Source of the DNA: an uncultured Porphyromonadaceae bacterium
GTDB taxonomy: Bacteria; Bacteroidota; Bacteroidia; Bacteroidales; UBA12481
Direction: 5' to 3'
Assembly (NCBI GenBank): GCA_964547475.1
Contig: CAZJNQ010000001.1
Location: forward strand, 2,795-66,794
DNA: 64,000 nucleotides
Part shown: piece after piece, positions 19,295 to 29,300 of the stretch
Layout: every line of letters starts with the position of its first letter
Position numbering within the stretch: the stretch's first letter is position 1
The notes under the pieces: model-generated
What the model was told of the DNA's origin: nothing
Seen by the model: only the letters and a program-made list of their open reading frames with translations
Databases searched by the model: none
Translations under genes and position numbers: made by a program

Positions 19295-20032
19295 TTATAA
19301 TTGCTCGCTTGTTTTTCCGAAGCGACGCTCCCGGTTTTGATAATCGAGCAGGGCGGCATATAAATCCTCCTTGCGAAAATCGGGCCAGAATTTAGGTGTA
19401 AAGTAAAGCTCGGTATAGGCGATCTGATACAACAGGAAATTGCTGATTCTGTACTCACCGCTGGTCCTGATCAGAAGTTCCGGATCGGGGATGCCGGCCG
19501 TTTCCAGGTACGACTGAAAGCGCAGGTCATCCATCTCTTCAGGCCGGATTTTGCCGTTACGGCTGTCCTCGATGATCTTCCTGGCGGCCTTCAGGATCTC
19601 GGACCGGGAACTGTAGGAGAGCGCCAGCACGACCGTTAACCCTGTATTGTTTTTAGTCTGGTCGATCAGGCTCGCGAGCTCTTCCCGAGGTATAACGGGG
19701 AGAAGGCTCAAGTCCCCAATCATCAGCAACCTGACATTGTTTTCCATCAATTTCCGGGTCTCTTTTTTTATAGTCGAGACCAGCAATCCCATCAGGGCGT
19801 TGACTTCCTCAACCGGGCGACCCCAGTTCTCGGTGCTGAAAGCATAAAGCGTCAGGTACTCGATTCCCAATTCCCCGCTGGCTTCTACCACCTCCCTAAC
19901 CGGCAACACCCCGTTCTGATGACCGAACACGCGTGCAGCGCCTTTCTTCCGGGCCCACCTTCCATTGCCATCCATGATGATGGCGACGTGCCGGGGAAGT
20001 TTCTCGGTGATCAGTTTTTCCTTAATGCTCAT
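19295..20032 (-). CDS. uppS: Isoprenyl transferase (undecaprenyl diphosphate synthase)
   Basis: 245 aa with HVAIIMDGNGRWA and FSTENW...RTSGE.R.SNFLL motifs. Confidence 0.93.
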   Translation of the reverse strand: MSIKEKLITEKLPRHVAIIMDGNGRWARKKGAARVFGHQNGVLPVREVVEASGELGIEYLTLYAFSTENWGRPVEEVNALMGLLVSTIKKETRKLMENNVRLLMIGDLSLLPVIPREELASLIDQTKNNTGLTVVLALSYSSRSEILKAARKIIEDSRNGKIRPEEMDDLRFQSYLETAGIPDPELLIRTSGEYRISNFLLYQIAYTELYFTPKFWPDFRKEDLYAALLDYQNRERRFGKTSEQL

Positions 20033-20634
20033 CTGCGTTTCTTAGTGCGTTGCTTTTCGTAAAAGGGGCAGGTCGGGCAGGTTTTCTCTATGCTGTATCC
20101 AACCATCAGTCCCACATGCGACCGCCACGCAGGATCTATAAATTTAGTAAAATCTAGTCCGCCGCCGGAAATGACTACGATCTGTTTCCTTAATGCCCAT
20201 TCCAGCCCTAAAGTAATATGCTTTGAGACATTATAACGGACACCGACATTAAACGGGAGATATAAACCCGGCGTACTGCTGATGAATGCGCTTAAGCCGG
20301 TACCCACATAGGAACTGAATTTTGCATTATCCCTTCTCGGATTCAATGCATGGAAATTGAATTCAAACAGGCCATGAATATCACCTGCGGGTGGCATCAC
20401 ACCTTTCGGATCGAATCCTATATTAACCCCGCCGCGGATCGCATAACGAGAATTGAGATTGTACCGGAAATAGCCCCCCGGAGCCACAGTCACACTCATG
20501 GGGTCATATACGGGAAGAATATTGGAAAGGTGATTTCCGGTCGCACCCAGGAACAGGCCGTAATCATAACTTTTCTGGGCAATCAATCCCATGGAAAGCA
20601 GGATTAATCCGATAAATAAGAGAGTCTTCTTCAT
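20029..20634 (-). CDS. Small outer-membrane beta-barrel protein (DUF6089-like)
   Basis: The ATG at 20634 gives the signal peptide MKKTLLFIGLILLSMGLIAQ. Alternating beta-strand pattern. 4-nt overlap with uppS. The upstream TTG at 20661 is rejected. Confidence 0.6.
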   Translation of the reverse strand: MKKTLLFIGLILLSMGLIAQKSYDYGLFLGATGNHLSNILPVYDPMSVTVAPGGYFRYNLNSRYAIRGGVNIGFDPKGVMPPAGDIHGLFEFNFHALNPRRDNAKFSSYVGTGLSAFISSTPGLYLPFNVGVRYNVSKHITLGLEWALRKQIVVISGGGLDFTKFIDPAWRSHVGLMVGYSIEKTCPTCPFYEKQRTKKRR

Positions 20635-20694
20635 AACCGGGCAGATTGCAGACGGAACCAATTCCTGATGTCACCTACAATAACTGCGAAACCG

Positions 20695-20702
20695 CAAATA
20701 TA
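20695..20702 (-). promoter_or_regulatory. Candidate Bacteroidota -7 box TATATTTG for the DUF6089-uppS-bamA operon
   Basis: Plus-strand CAAATATA equals minus-strand TATATTTG (the TAnnTTTG consensus). It lies about 60 nt upstream of the ATG at 20634. Confidence 0.45.
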
Positions 20703-20767
20703 TTATTATCCGCGGAATTTAAGGCCTCCAATAAGACGTCAGAAAGCAGGACAAGTTACATGGCGGG

Positions 20768-21670
20768 TCAGTTTCTTTTATCGGCTCCCCACATCAGCTT
20801 GGAACGAAGCGTCTGGTAGAAGTTGTGCCCCCGGAGGCGGATGGTGGTTATCCGGAAAGAAGCTTTCCGGATAGTAAGCTCCAGGGAGTGATCCATGACC
20901 ACGGAGCGGGAATCGGCAGTGACCAGCAGGTTGCCGCCGCGGCTTTCCATCTTGAGTGTGAGTATCATGGAATCCTTGAAAACCAACGGTCTCATGGTCA
21001 GGTTATGAGGCGCTATCGGTGACAGGACCAGGTTCCCGGCATCGGGGAGCATGAGGGGGCCTCCCACGCTGAGTGAATAGGCCGTTGAGCCGGTCGGCGT
21101 GGCAACAATCAATCCGTCAGCCCAGTAAGTGTTCAGGAATTCTCCGTTAAGCCAGGCATGTACGCGGATCATGGAGGAATCGTCCCGCTTGTGAACGGTT
21201 ATCTCGTTCAGGGCAAAATTCAGTTCCCCGAAAAGAGTCTTCTCGCTGTCGACCCGGAGCAGGATCAGCTCTTCGGTCTGAAAGGCGTCCTCCATGACAG
21301 CATCAACGGCAGCCTGTATTTCGTCGCCGGAAATATCAGCCAGGAATCCCAGGTGTCCGCTGTTGATCCCGGCCAGGGGAACCGGGAGATCCCTGACCAT
21401 GGTAATGGCCTCCAGGAAGGTGCCGTCACCCCCGATACTGAACATCACTCCCTTGAGATCCCGGAGATCCTCATACTTCTTGAAAGTCCCGTCCCATGCC
21501 GGAAGATCCGGACAGCAGCCGCGAATGAACCGGTCGAAAGGCTCGAAGACAAAGATCCTCGCCTGTTCTTCCATGAGCCGGTCAAGCAGAAGGGTAAACG
21601 ATCCGCGGAAGGATTCGCTGAACTCACGCCCGAAAATAAGGACAGTCTTGTTGTTCTCCCTGTTTATCAT
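20768..21670 (-). CDS. nadK: NAD kinase
   Basis: 300 aa with GGDGTFL and NxGxLGFL-type motifs (SIGGDGTFLEA, INSGHLGFLAD). Confidence 0.9.
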   Translation of the reverse strand: MINRENNKTVLIFGREFSESFRGSFTLLLDRLMEEQARIFVFEPFDRFIRGCCPDLPAWDGTFKKYEDLRDLKGVMFSIGGDGTFLEAITMVRDLPVPLAGINSGHLGFLADISGDEIQAAVDAVMEDAFQTEELILLRVDSEKTLFGELNFALNEITVHKRDDSSMIRVHAWLNGEFLNTYWADGLIVATPTGSTAYSLSVGGPLMLPDAGNLVLSPIAPHNLTMRPLVFKDSMILTLKMESRGGNLLVTADSRSVVMDHSLELTIRKASFRITTIRLRGHNFYQTLRSKLMWGADKRN

Positions 21671-21674
21671 GGTA

Positions 21675-22340
21675 CTACATGCCCATATATTTCATTAACT
21701 CCTCGTATCTCGATCGGTAAAACTCATCCGACTGGCTATCGTTTAAAAAACAGGTCTTTACCGGGTATCCGAACCTTTCAAGGGAACGGATCATTGAATT
21801 GACCTCCGTTGAGTTTACTTTGATGGTCAGACTGACTTCCCTGGACTCAGGAACCGAGGTAACATACAGGCTGAGCACCTTGGCGTTGTTCTCCTCTATA
21901 ATCCGCGACAGGGTGGAAAGAGCATAATCCCTTTCCGCCATGCTCATCAGGAGGATGGCGCCGGGCTGGCCGGCTGCGGTCATCTGGTTTATGCCCCTTA
22001 AAAGATCGGGCAAAGTGATGCAACCTTTATATTCCTTCGCGGAATCCAGTACCGGCATTAAAGTGAGCCTCAGAGAAGCCATTCGTTCAATGGCCTCATA
22101 AATATGCTGATTATCAGTAATATGCACATTTATCAAATTCAGACCGGAATGACTGACCGGAGTATCGGGTTCCGGATAGTTCAGCAGGTCGGACTCCGAA
22201 ACCAATCCAAGATAGCGGGAATCGTCAGAGACAGGCAGGTGGATTACCCTGTACAGGTCCATCCAGTTGAGAGCCTGTCCGACCGTATCGCGGTCAGAAA
22301 CCAGCGGGATCAGGTCTGAAACCAGATCAATTGCTAACAT
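21675..22340 (-). CDS. CBS domain-containing protein
   Basis: 221 aa with two CBS-like repeats followed by an ACT-like C-terminus. Immediately upstream of nadK and divergent from pdxJ. Confidence 0.65.
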   Translation of the reverse strand: MLAIDLVSDLIPLVSDRDTVGQALNWMDLYRVIHLPVSDDSRYLGLVSESDLLNYPEPDTPVSHSGLNLINVHITDNQHIYEAIERMASLRLTLMPVLDSAKEYKGCITLPDLLRGINQMTAAGQPGAILLMSMAERDYALSTLSRIIEENNAKVLSLYVTSVPESREVSLTIKVNSTEVNSMIRSLERFGYPVKTCFLNDSQSDEFYRSRYEELMKYMGM

Positions 22341-22382
22341 TCCGGGAGATGTTTCGTAATTTTAGCTGCTCAGGATTATATC

Positions 22383-23108
22383 ATGACCAGATTAAGCGTA
22401 AATATAAATAAAATTGCCACACTCCGGAATGCCCGGGGAGGCAATGTGCCCGATGTGCTTAAGGCAGCGGTTGATTGCCAGCGCTTCGGAGCCGAGGGTA
22501 TCACGGTTCATCCGCGTCCGGATGAACGGCATATCCGGTACCAGGATGTACTGGATCTGCGGCCAATCGTCAGGACCGAATTCAACATCGAAGGGTTTCC
22601 CTCAGAGTCCTTCATCCGCCTCGTGAGCGGGGTAGTCCCCGAGCAGGTTACACTCGTTCCTGACGCCCATGACGCCATCACTTCCAATGCGGGGTGGAAT
22701 ACCGTCCGGTACACCCAATTCCTGGAAGAGGTTGTGAACCGGTTCCATGCTAAAAAGATCAGGGTATCGATTTTTGTCGATGCCAATCCCGAAATGGTCC
22801 GTTATGCCGCAAAAACGGGAACCGACCGGGTTGAACTTTATACTGAACCCTACGCCAACCACTTCCCGACCGATCCTGATGAAGCCATCAAGCCGTTCAT
22901 CGAAGCCGCGCAGGTGGCACAGGAATGCGGGCTCGGGTTAAATGCCGGACATGACCTCAATCTCGATAACCTGAATTTCTTTGCTTCCCGGATACCCGGC
23001 CTGTTGGAAGTCAGCATCGGCCATGCCCTGATATCGGATGCCCTCTATTTTGGATTGGAAAATACGATCAGGATGTATCGCAGGAAACTGGAAATCAATT
23101 CTTTCTGA
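22383..23108 (+). CDS. pdxJ: Pyridoxine 5'-phosphate synthase
   Basis: 241 aa beginning [16 protein letters not shown], with HPRPDERHI and EVSIGHALI motifs. Confidence 0.93.
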   Translation: MTRLSVNINKIATLRNARGGNVPDVLKAAVDCQRFGAEGITVHPRPDERHIRYQDVLDLRPIVRTEFNIEGFPSESFIRLVSGVVPEQVTLVPDAHDAITSNAGWNTVRYTQFLEEVVNRFHAKKIRVSIFVDANPEMVRYAAKTGTDRVELYTEPYANHFPTDPDEAIKPFIEAAQVAQECGLGLNAGHDLNLDNLNFFASRIPGLLEVSIGHALISDALYFGLENTIRMYRRKLEINSF

Positions 23109-23109
23109 T

Positions 23110-23766
23110 ATGAAAAAACTTGCATTATTGCTGATTTTCTCACCGGGCTTGCTGATGTCTCAGGTGGGACCGACACCGGAACAGGTTGCCAAAGCCCAGG
23201 AAAAAGCCCGCACGGAATGGGCCCAGCTCGAAAGAAAGGGTTGGAAAACCATGAGTGAAGGAGACGATCCGGTCGCTATGCTGGCTGATTACTGGACAAC
23301 CAAGGAAGTCTTCGACCAGGAAGGGGGTCCCTATTATGTTTATCCGGTAGCATTCGGGATGGGCGATAATCCGGAGGAAGCCTTGAAAGACGCAATAATC
23401 AAGGCTCACGATGAAATGACCGGGATCCTGGCTCTCTATTTCCAATCCTGGAACATGACCAACTCTTCCCAATTCCAAAACGAAACCTCCGCGGTCGACA
23501 AAGCAATCAATAAAACACAATCCGACTGGAAACAGGCCCTGTCAGCCATGCCCGGCATCAACACCGTTATCCTAGTCCGGCCCAGGGGAAACAAGACTGA
23601 AGTTCACCTCAGGATGAGATTTGTCCAGGAAGATGCCAAGAATATCATGCGCAGCATCATCCTGGATTGGCTGAAGAAAAACGAGATGTGGACGGATGAA
23701 ATGGGTCGGAAATTCCTCTATTTCAAGGCAACCAAGCCGGGTATTTCAATCTCCATCGGGAAGTGA
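23110..23766 (+). CDS. Hypothetical secreted protein
   Basis: The ATG at 23110 gives the signal peptide MKKLALLLIFSPGLLMSQ. The upstream extension to 23038 overlaps pdxJ and is rejected. No motif recognised. Confidence 0.5.
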   Translation: MKKLALLLIFSPGLLMSQVGPTPEQVAKAQEKARTEWAQLERKGWKTMSEGDDPVAMLADYWTTKEVFDQEGGPYYVYPVAFGMGDNPEEALKDAIIKAHDEMTGILALYFQSWNMTNSSQFQNETSAVDKAINKTQSDWKQALSAMPGINTVILVRPRGNKTEVHLRMRFVQEDAKNIMRSIILDWLKKNEMWTDEMGRKFLYFKATKPGISISIGK

Positions 23767-24584
23767 TATTGCATTATGGCAGGCTCGGATCCGGCCCTCC
23801 CCTGATCATTCTCCATGGGCTTTACGGATCTGGTGACAATTGGCTTTCCGTTGCCAGGGGGCTCTCCGACGAACATGAAGTTTTTTTGGTCGACCAGCGT
23901 AACCATGGCCGGTCCTTTCACTCAGAGATCCACGACTATCCTTCGATGGCGGACGACCTTACCCGCCTGATGGATCACCTGGAACTGAGCAGGGCAACCC
24001 TTTTGGGCCATTCCATGGGAGGGAAAACCGCCATGCGTTTCGCTGTCAGCAACCCCTCCCGGGTTTCCGGCCTGATAATCGCTGATATCAGCCCCAGAAC
24101 CTATAATAGTCCGACAACGGACCGGCAACAGCAGGACTTTCATTATCAGGTCCTGAAAATCTTATCAGGAATCCGTCTCAAAGATGTCCGCCTTTTCGGT
24201 GAAGCCGACCGGCTATTGGCGCCGGCCTTGCCGGATAAGAGACTGAGACAGTTTATCCTGAAGAACCTGGGAAGGACCCCGGATGGCCATCTGGCCTGGA
24301 AACTGAACCTTCCCGCACTTCTGTCCAACCTGAATGCCCTGATGTCAGGCATGGAAGACGTGGTCCTGGCAGGGATCACCCTGACCGGTTTTCCGGTCCT
24401 TTTCATCAGGGGCGATCAATCACCTTACATCCGGGATGAAGATGTCCGGATGATCCGTGTCTTGTTCCCTCTCGCTCAGGTAACGACCCTAAAAAATGCC
24501 GGCCACTGGCTTCACGCCGAGCAACCGGCCAGGTTTATAGCGGTTGTCAAACAGTTTCTGACGAGGTATTCAGATGTTCCCTGA
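23763..24584 (+). CDS. Alpha/beta hydrolase
   Basis: 273 aa with HGLYGSGDNW and the nucleophile elbow GHSMGG. GTG start overlaps the upstream stop (GTGA). Confidence 0.8.
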   Translation: MILHYGRLGSGPPLIILHGLYGSGDNWLSVARGLSDEHEVFLVDQRNHGRSFHSEIHDYPSMADDLTRLMDHLELSRATLLGHSMGGKTAMRFAVSNPSRVSGLIIADISPRTYNSPTTDRQQQDFHYQVLKILSGIRLKDVRLFGEADRLLAPALPDKRLRQFILKNLGRTPDGHLAWKLNLPALLSNLNALMSGMEDVVLAGITLTGFPVLFIRGDQSPYIRDEDVRMIRVLFPLAQVTTLKNAGHWLHAEQPARFIAVVKQFLTRYSDVP

Positions 24585-25173
24585 TCAGCGAGGTAAGTAC
24601 CCTGATCCCTACCTTGTTCTCGCCTCCCTGCGGAATGATTATATCAGCATATCGCTTGGACGGGTCAATGAATTCCAGGTGCATCGGCTTGACGGTCCGG
24701 TCGTACCGGTCAAGCACGATCTCCGCCGACCGGCCGCGTTCGGCCAGGTCGCGCCGGATAACCCTTGACAGCCGGTCATCCGGATCGGCATCCACGAAGA
24801 CCTTTATGTCAAGCAGGTCCCTCATTTCTTGTTGCGTCAGGATCAGGATGCCTTCCACGATCACTACCTTGTGCGGTTGCACAAGCAGGGTTTCAGCCGA
24901 CCGGGTGCAGGTCAGGTAGGAATAGATCGGTTGCCTGACTGAATTGCCCTTTTTCAGTTCCCGGATATGTTCAATCAGCAGGGACCACTCAATGGAGTCG
25001 GGATGGTCAAAATTCAGCTTCTGCCTCTCTTCCAAAGGCAAATGGGCACTATCCCGGTAATAGGAATCCTGTGGAAGCAGGGCAACGTCCCCGCTCCTGA
25101 AGCTGGCCATCACTTTATTGACCACGGTGGTCTTACCGCATCCGGTTCCACCGGCAATTCCAACGATCAGCAT
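24547..25173 (-). CDS. udk: Uridine kinase
   Basis: 208 aa with P-loop GIAGGTGCGKTT and the DSYY and FDHPD motifs. Confidence 0.92.
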   Translation of the reverse strand: MLIVGIAGGTGCGKTTVVNKVMASFRSGDVALLPQDSYYRDSAHLPLEERQKLNFDHPDSIEWSLLIEHIRELKKGNSVRQPIYSYLTCTRSAETLLVQPHKVVIVEGILILTQQEMRDLLDIKVFVDADPDDRLSRVIRRDLAERGRSAEIVLDRYDRTVKPMHLEFIDPSKRYADIIIPQGGENKVGIRVLTSLIREHLNTSSETV

Positions 25174-25296
25174 AAGGTGTATTTGGATTCGACAGGTAAT
25201 TGTATATTTACGGACGAGTCAAAAGTACCCATGATCCGATATCTCGCTGTTGTCAAAATAAATATTTTTACCGGGATTAATCAAAACTGATACTTC

Positions 25297-26280
25297 ATGC
25301 TGTACCCTTTGCGATTTAAACCCATTTACCAGTACCGGTTATGGGGCGGAAACAAACTCCGGGACCTGCTCGGGAAAAAAGATGCACCGGAGATGACCGG
25401 TGAGAGCTGGGAAATTTCGGGAGTTCAGGGCCAGGTTTCGGTTGTGAAGGAAGGTTTTCTCGAAGGCAACGATCTCCAGGAACTGATTGAAGTATACATG
25501 GGCGGTTTGATCGGGGACTCCGTGTATGAAAGGCACGGGACCGAATTCCCTCTGCTGTTCAAGCTGATCGACGCTCACGATGTCCTGTCTGTCCAGGTTC
25601 ATCCAGATGACAAGCTGGCTGCGGAAAGACATCAGGCTGTTGGAAAGACTGAAATGTGGCATGTGATCCAGGCAGACCCGGGATCGGTGGTCTATACCGG
25701 ATTTAACCGACAGACCAATCGGGAAGAGTACATGAAGTATTTGTCTGATAGAAAGATCCACGAACTTCTGAACACGGAAACGGCGAGTCCGGGTGATACT
25801 TTTTTCATCCCGTCCGGGCGGGTTCACGCAAGTGGGGCCGGCATCCTGTTCGCGGAAATTCAGCAAAACAGCGATATTACCTACCGGATTTTCGATTGGA
25901 ACCGCCTGGAAAAAAATGGAAGGCCACGCACCCTTCATACGGATCTTGCGCTGGGTGCGATTGATTTTCAACACTATCCCAATTACAGGACTTCGTTCAG
26001 TCCCGTCCTGAACCGCTCTTCTGAAATCGTCCGCTGTCCCTATTTCACCATCAACCTGATTTGGATGAACCGTCCGGTTGAACGTGATTATGTGGACATT
26101 GATTCCTTTGTGGTCTTTATGTGCCTGAAAGGCAGTTTTCTGCTGAATTACGGAGGAGAGATCCCGATACTGGTCAAAACAGGACGCACAGTCCTTCTGC
26201 CGGCGATCATCAAGGACGTGATCCTGGAGCCCCGCGAAGAAACCCGGGTCCTGGAGGTATATTGCCAGTATGATAATTAA
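25297..26280 (+). CDS. manA: Class I mannose-6-phosphate isomerase
   Basis: 327 aa beginning PIYQYRLWGG, with the cupin metal motifs SVQVHPDD and GRVHA. Confidence 0.8.
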   Translation: MLYPLRFKPIYQYRLWGGNKLRDLLGKKDAPEMTGESWEISGVQGQVSVVKEGFLEGNDLQELIEVYMGGLIGDSVYERHGTEFPLLFKLIDAHDVLSVQVHPDDKLAAERHQAVGKTEMWHVIQADPGSVVYTGFNRQTNREEYMKYLSDRKIHELLNTETASPGDTFFIPSGRVHASGAGILFAEIQQNSDITYRIFDWNRLEKNGRPRTLHTDLALGAIDFQHYPNYRTSFSPVLNRSSEIVRCPYFTINLIWMNRPVERDYVDIDSFVVFMCLKGSFLLNYGGEIPILVKTGRTVLLPAIIKDVILEPREETRVLEVYCQYDN

Positions 26281-26887
26281 GTCCGCCACATTTATTTGTT
26301 CGAATACCCACCCGGCCAGATGCCCGGCACCAGCCAGGCCCGAATATGCATTCATCGGCCGGTCGAATGTCGGCAAATCCACTCTGATCAATTTGCTGAC
26401 CGGCCGGAAAGGACTGGCCAAGATATCCGGAACACCCGGAAAGACCCGTGTGATCAACCATTTTCTGATCAATGACGCCTGGTACCTGGTCGACCTTCCC
26501 GGTTACGGTTATGCCCGGGTATCCAAATCGGTCAGGAACACTTTTCCGGGTTTTACCACTGAATACCTTAAGAGCCGTGAGAACCTGCTCTGTTTGTTTG
26601 TATTGATTGACAGCAGGCTGGAACCGCAAGCCATCGATCTGAATTTCATCACCTTTTTAGGCACGGAGCGGATACCTTTTGTGCTGGTTCATACCAAATC
26701 CGATAAGCTATCATCCAATATCCTGGAGAAACACCTCCGGCAATTCAGAAAGTCCCTCATGGGGAGCTGGGAGGAGCTCCCGCGGGAGTTTGTCACATCC
26801 TCGGTGACAGGCCGTGGCAGGGATGAAATCCTGGACTTTATTCAACAAACCAACCTACTTTTCAACCATCCTGAAATGAAGGGTTAA
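26270..26887 (+). CDS. engB: Ribosome biogenesis GTP-binding protein YihA/EngB
   Basis: 205 aa with G1 GRSNVGKSTLIN, G3 DLPGYG and G4 TKSDK motifs. Confidence 0.9.
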   Translation: MIIKSATFICSNTHPARCPAPARPEYAFIGRSNVGKSTLINLLTGRKGLAKISGTPGKTRVINHFLINDAWYLVDLPGYGYARVSKSVRNTFPGFTTEYLKSRENLLCLFVLIDSRLEPQAIDLNFITFLGTERIPFVLVHTKSDKLSSNILEKHLRQFRKSLMGSWEELPREFVTSSVTGRGRDEILDFIQQTNLLFNHPEMKG

Positions 26888-26895
26888 TTATTGAT

Positions 26896-26903
26896 TACAT
26901 TTG
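26896..26903 (+). promoter_or_regulatory. Candidate -7 box TACATTTG upstream of prs
   Basis: Matches TAnnTTTG. Lies 40 nt upstream of the prs ATG (26943). Confidence 0.45.
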
Positions 26904-26942
26904 CACAAGCGACCAGAAACCCTGTCTTAAAACACCACTTCA

Positions 26943-27881
26943 ATGCAGCCTAACAGTCCGATTAAGATCTTTTCGGGGACCGGCTCAAGGTACCTATCGG
27001 AAAAGATCGCCGCCTCCTATGGGATCGAATTAGGAAAATCATCCGTCCTACGCTTCAGTGACGGGGAAATTCAGCCTTGTTATGAAGAGACTGTCAGGGG
27101 AGATTTTGTTTTCATCATCCAATCCACCTTCGCTCCTGCTGAAAACCTGCTGGAGCTCCTGATGATGATCGACGCGGCGAGCAGGGCTTCGGCCTACAAG
27201 ATCGTTGCCGTCATACCTTATTTCGGCTTTGCCCGCCAGGACAGAAAAGACAGGCCAAGGGTTTCGATCGCCGCCAAGCTGATGTCCAACCTGCTGGCCG
27301 CTGCGGGTGTTTCCAGGATCATCACCATGGATCTGCATGCCGACCAGATCCAGGGATTCTTTGACATACCCGTTGACCATCTTTATGCCTCCACCGTCTT
27401 CATCGATTACATACGCTCCCTGAACCTCGAAAACCTGGTGATCGCATCCCCTGATACGGGTGGTTCAAAAAGGGCCAATTCCTATTCCAAATACCTCGAT
27501 TCCCCCATGGTGATCTGCCATAAAACCCGGAGAGGCCCGAATATGGTGGGTGAAATGACAATCATCGGCGACGTGACAGACAAGCACGTTATTCTGGTGG
27601 ATGACATGATCGATACCGGCGGAACCATCGCGACGGCAGCCAACCTGATCATGGAAAACGGGGCCAGGTCTGTCCGCTGCATGGCAACCCACGCCCTCCT
27701 CACGGGTCCGGCTTATGAACGCCTTGAACAATCAGCACTGGCAGAAGTAGTTGTGACCGATTCCATACCGCTCAGGAAACCCAGTCCCAAGATTCATGTC
27801 ATCTCCATCTCAGACCTTTTCGCTGATGTGATAAAAAAAGTTTACAACAACCAATCGATCAGCACCACCTATCTGTTTTAA
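26943..27881 (+). CDS. prs: Ribose-phosphate pyrophosphokinase
   Basis: 312 aa with PYFGFARQDRK, DLHADQIQGFF and the PRPP loop VDDMIDTGGT. Confidence 0.95.
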   Translation: MQPNSPIKIFSGTGSRYLSEKIAASYGIELGKSSVLRFSDGEIQPCYEETVRGDFVFIIQSTFAPAENLLELLMMIDAASRASAYKIVAVIPYFGFARQDRKDRPRVSIAAKLMSNLLAAAGVSRIITMDLHADQIQGFFDIPVDHLYASTVFIDYIRSLNLENLVIASPDTGGSKRANSYSKYLDSPMVICHKTRRGPNMVGEMTIIGDVTDKHVILVDDMIDTGGTIATAANLIMENGARSVRCMATHALLTGPAYERLEQSALAEVVVTDSIPLRKPSPKIHVISISDLFADVIKKVYNNQSISTTYLF

Positions 27882-27885
27882 TTGC

Positions 27886-27893
27886 TATATTTG
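27886..27893 (+). promoter_or_regulatory. Candidate -7 box TATATTTG upstream of rplY
   Basis: Exact TAnnTTTG match. It leaves a leader of about 100 nt before the rplY ATG (27998). Confidence 0.45.
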
Positions 27894-27997
27894 CACCCAC
27901 TTTTTTAGCCGGATAAATAACCAACGTGTAATGGGGGATCCTCGCTGCGGATGACCGGCTTGACGCAGTCGGGTCCTGAGTAGCACATTTTGATATC

Positions 27998-28615
27998 ATG
28001 AAAACTTACAATCTGACTGGTACTCGACGAACAGAGCTTGGAAAAAAAGCCAGCAAGCAGGTTCGTAAAAACGAATCCTTTCCCTGTGTGATGTATGGTG
28101 AAGGTGAACCGATTCACTTCCTTGCTAATGTCAAGGAATACTCCCACGTGGTCTACACTCCGCATGTTTACCTGATAAATCTCGACATTGATGGTACGGT
28201 ATATCCCTCCGTTATCCAGGATATCCAGTTCCACCCCGTGTCGGATGCCATCTTACACATGGACCTCCTCAGGGTCAATCTCGGTAAACCGGTCAGCGTC
28301 AGCATTCCGGTTCGTCTGGAAGGTTTCGCTGCAGGCGTGCAGCAGGGTGGCAAGCTGAAACTCGAAATGAAGAGGGTCAAAGTTCGCGGTCTTGTTGAAT
28401 CCATCCCGGATCAATTGGTCCTGGACGTAACTCCCCTTGAGCTTGGCCAGACGATCAAGGTTCGTGATTTATCCTATCCTGAATTCACCATCCTGGATCC
28501 AAAGAACAGCGTGATAGCTTCGGTCAGGGTAACCAGGGTAGCCAAGGCTCCGACAGCCTCCGAAGAGGCGGCGGCAGAGTCGGCTCCTGAAAGCCCTGAA
28601 GTTTCAGGCCAGTAA
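27998..28615 (+). CDS. rplY: 50S ribosomal protein L25/general stress protein Ctc
   Basis: 205 aa with the L25/Ctc N-terminal domain (R.ELGKKASKQVRK...P.V.YG) and an acidic/Ala-rich tail. pth lies downstream. Confidence 0.9.
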   Translation: MKTYNLTGTRRTELGKKASKQVRKNESFPCVMYGEGEPIHFLANVKEYSHVVYTPHVYLINLDIDGTVYPSVIQDIQFHPVSDAILHMDLLRVNLGKPVSVSIPVRLEGFAAGVQQGGKLKLEMKRVKVRGLVESIPDQLVLDVTPLELGQTIKVRDLSYPEFTILDPKNSVIASVRVTRVAKAPTASEEAAAESAPESPEVSGQ

Positions 28616-28627
28616 ACTGCACCTCCG

Positions 28628-29191
28628 ATGAAATATCTGATCGTTGGATTGGGTAATATCGGCGAAGAGTACACCAACACCCGGCACAATATTGGTTTTT
28701 CGATTTTGAATGCCCTGGCGGAAGCATCCGATGCTGTTTTTACACCCTGCCGGTACGGAGACAAGGCTGAGCTTCGCGTGAAATCGAATATCCTGGTTCT
28801 GCTCAAACCGTCAACCTACGTAAACCTCAGCGGTAATGCCGTCAGGTACTGGCTTAAAAAACTGGAAGTGCCCGATGAGAACCTGTTGGTGGTTGTTGAC
28901 GACCTGGCTCTCCCGTTCGGCAACCTCCGGATCAGGAAACAGGGTAGCGATGGTGGGCACAATGGCCTGAAACACATCATCCAGGTCCTTGGGCGCCAGG
29001 AGTTCGCCCGGATGCGCTTCGGCATTGGCACCGGGGAAAAAACCTTCAACCAGGTCAATTACGTTTTAGGGGAATGGACACCCGAGGAAAAGGATCAGCT
29101 CTCCGGCTACATTAAAACAGCCACGGAAGCTATCGTCAGTTTCACGCTCATCGGCATCTCGCGAACCATGTCACTCTTTAACAGGAAGTGA
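28628..29191 (+). CDS. pth: Peptidyl-tRNA hydrolase
   Basis: 187 aa with LIVGLGNIGEEYTNTRHNIGF and GGHNGLK motifs. Confidence 0.93.
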   Translation: MKYLIVGLGNIGEEYTNTRHNIGFSILNALAEASDAVFTPCRYGDKAELRVKSNILVLLKPSTYVNLSGNAVRYWLKKLEVPDENLLVVVDDLALPFGNLRIRKQGSDGGHNGLKHIIQVLGRQEFARMRFGIGTGEKTFNQVNYVLGEWTPEEKDQLSGYIKTATEAIVSFTLIGISRTMSLFNRK

Positions 29192-29300
29192 TCCGTGATC
29201 CGAAGCTCCATTGCCAGTATGCCCGCTAATTCCTGTTAAATAGTTGTTAATCACTTCTTCAGCCGGCCAACGAAGCGTATCTTTGAACAAAATTCTCCGC

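Noticed and set aside
25339-26472. 377-aa minus-strand ORF antisense to manA and engB
   Set aside because: It lies entirely opposite two well-supported genes. Its translation is low in recognisable motifs, and it contains the typical mirror image of a P-loop region (VDLPTFDRP opposite GRSNVGKST). This is a shadow ORF.
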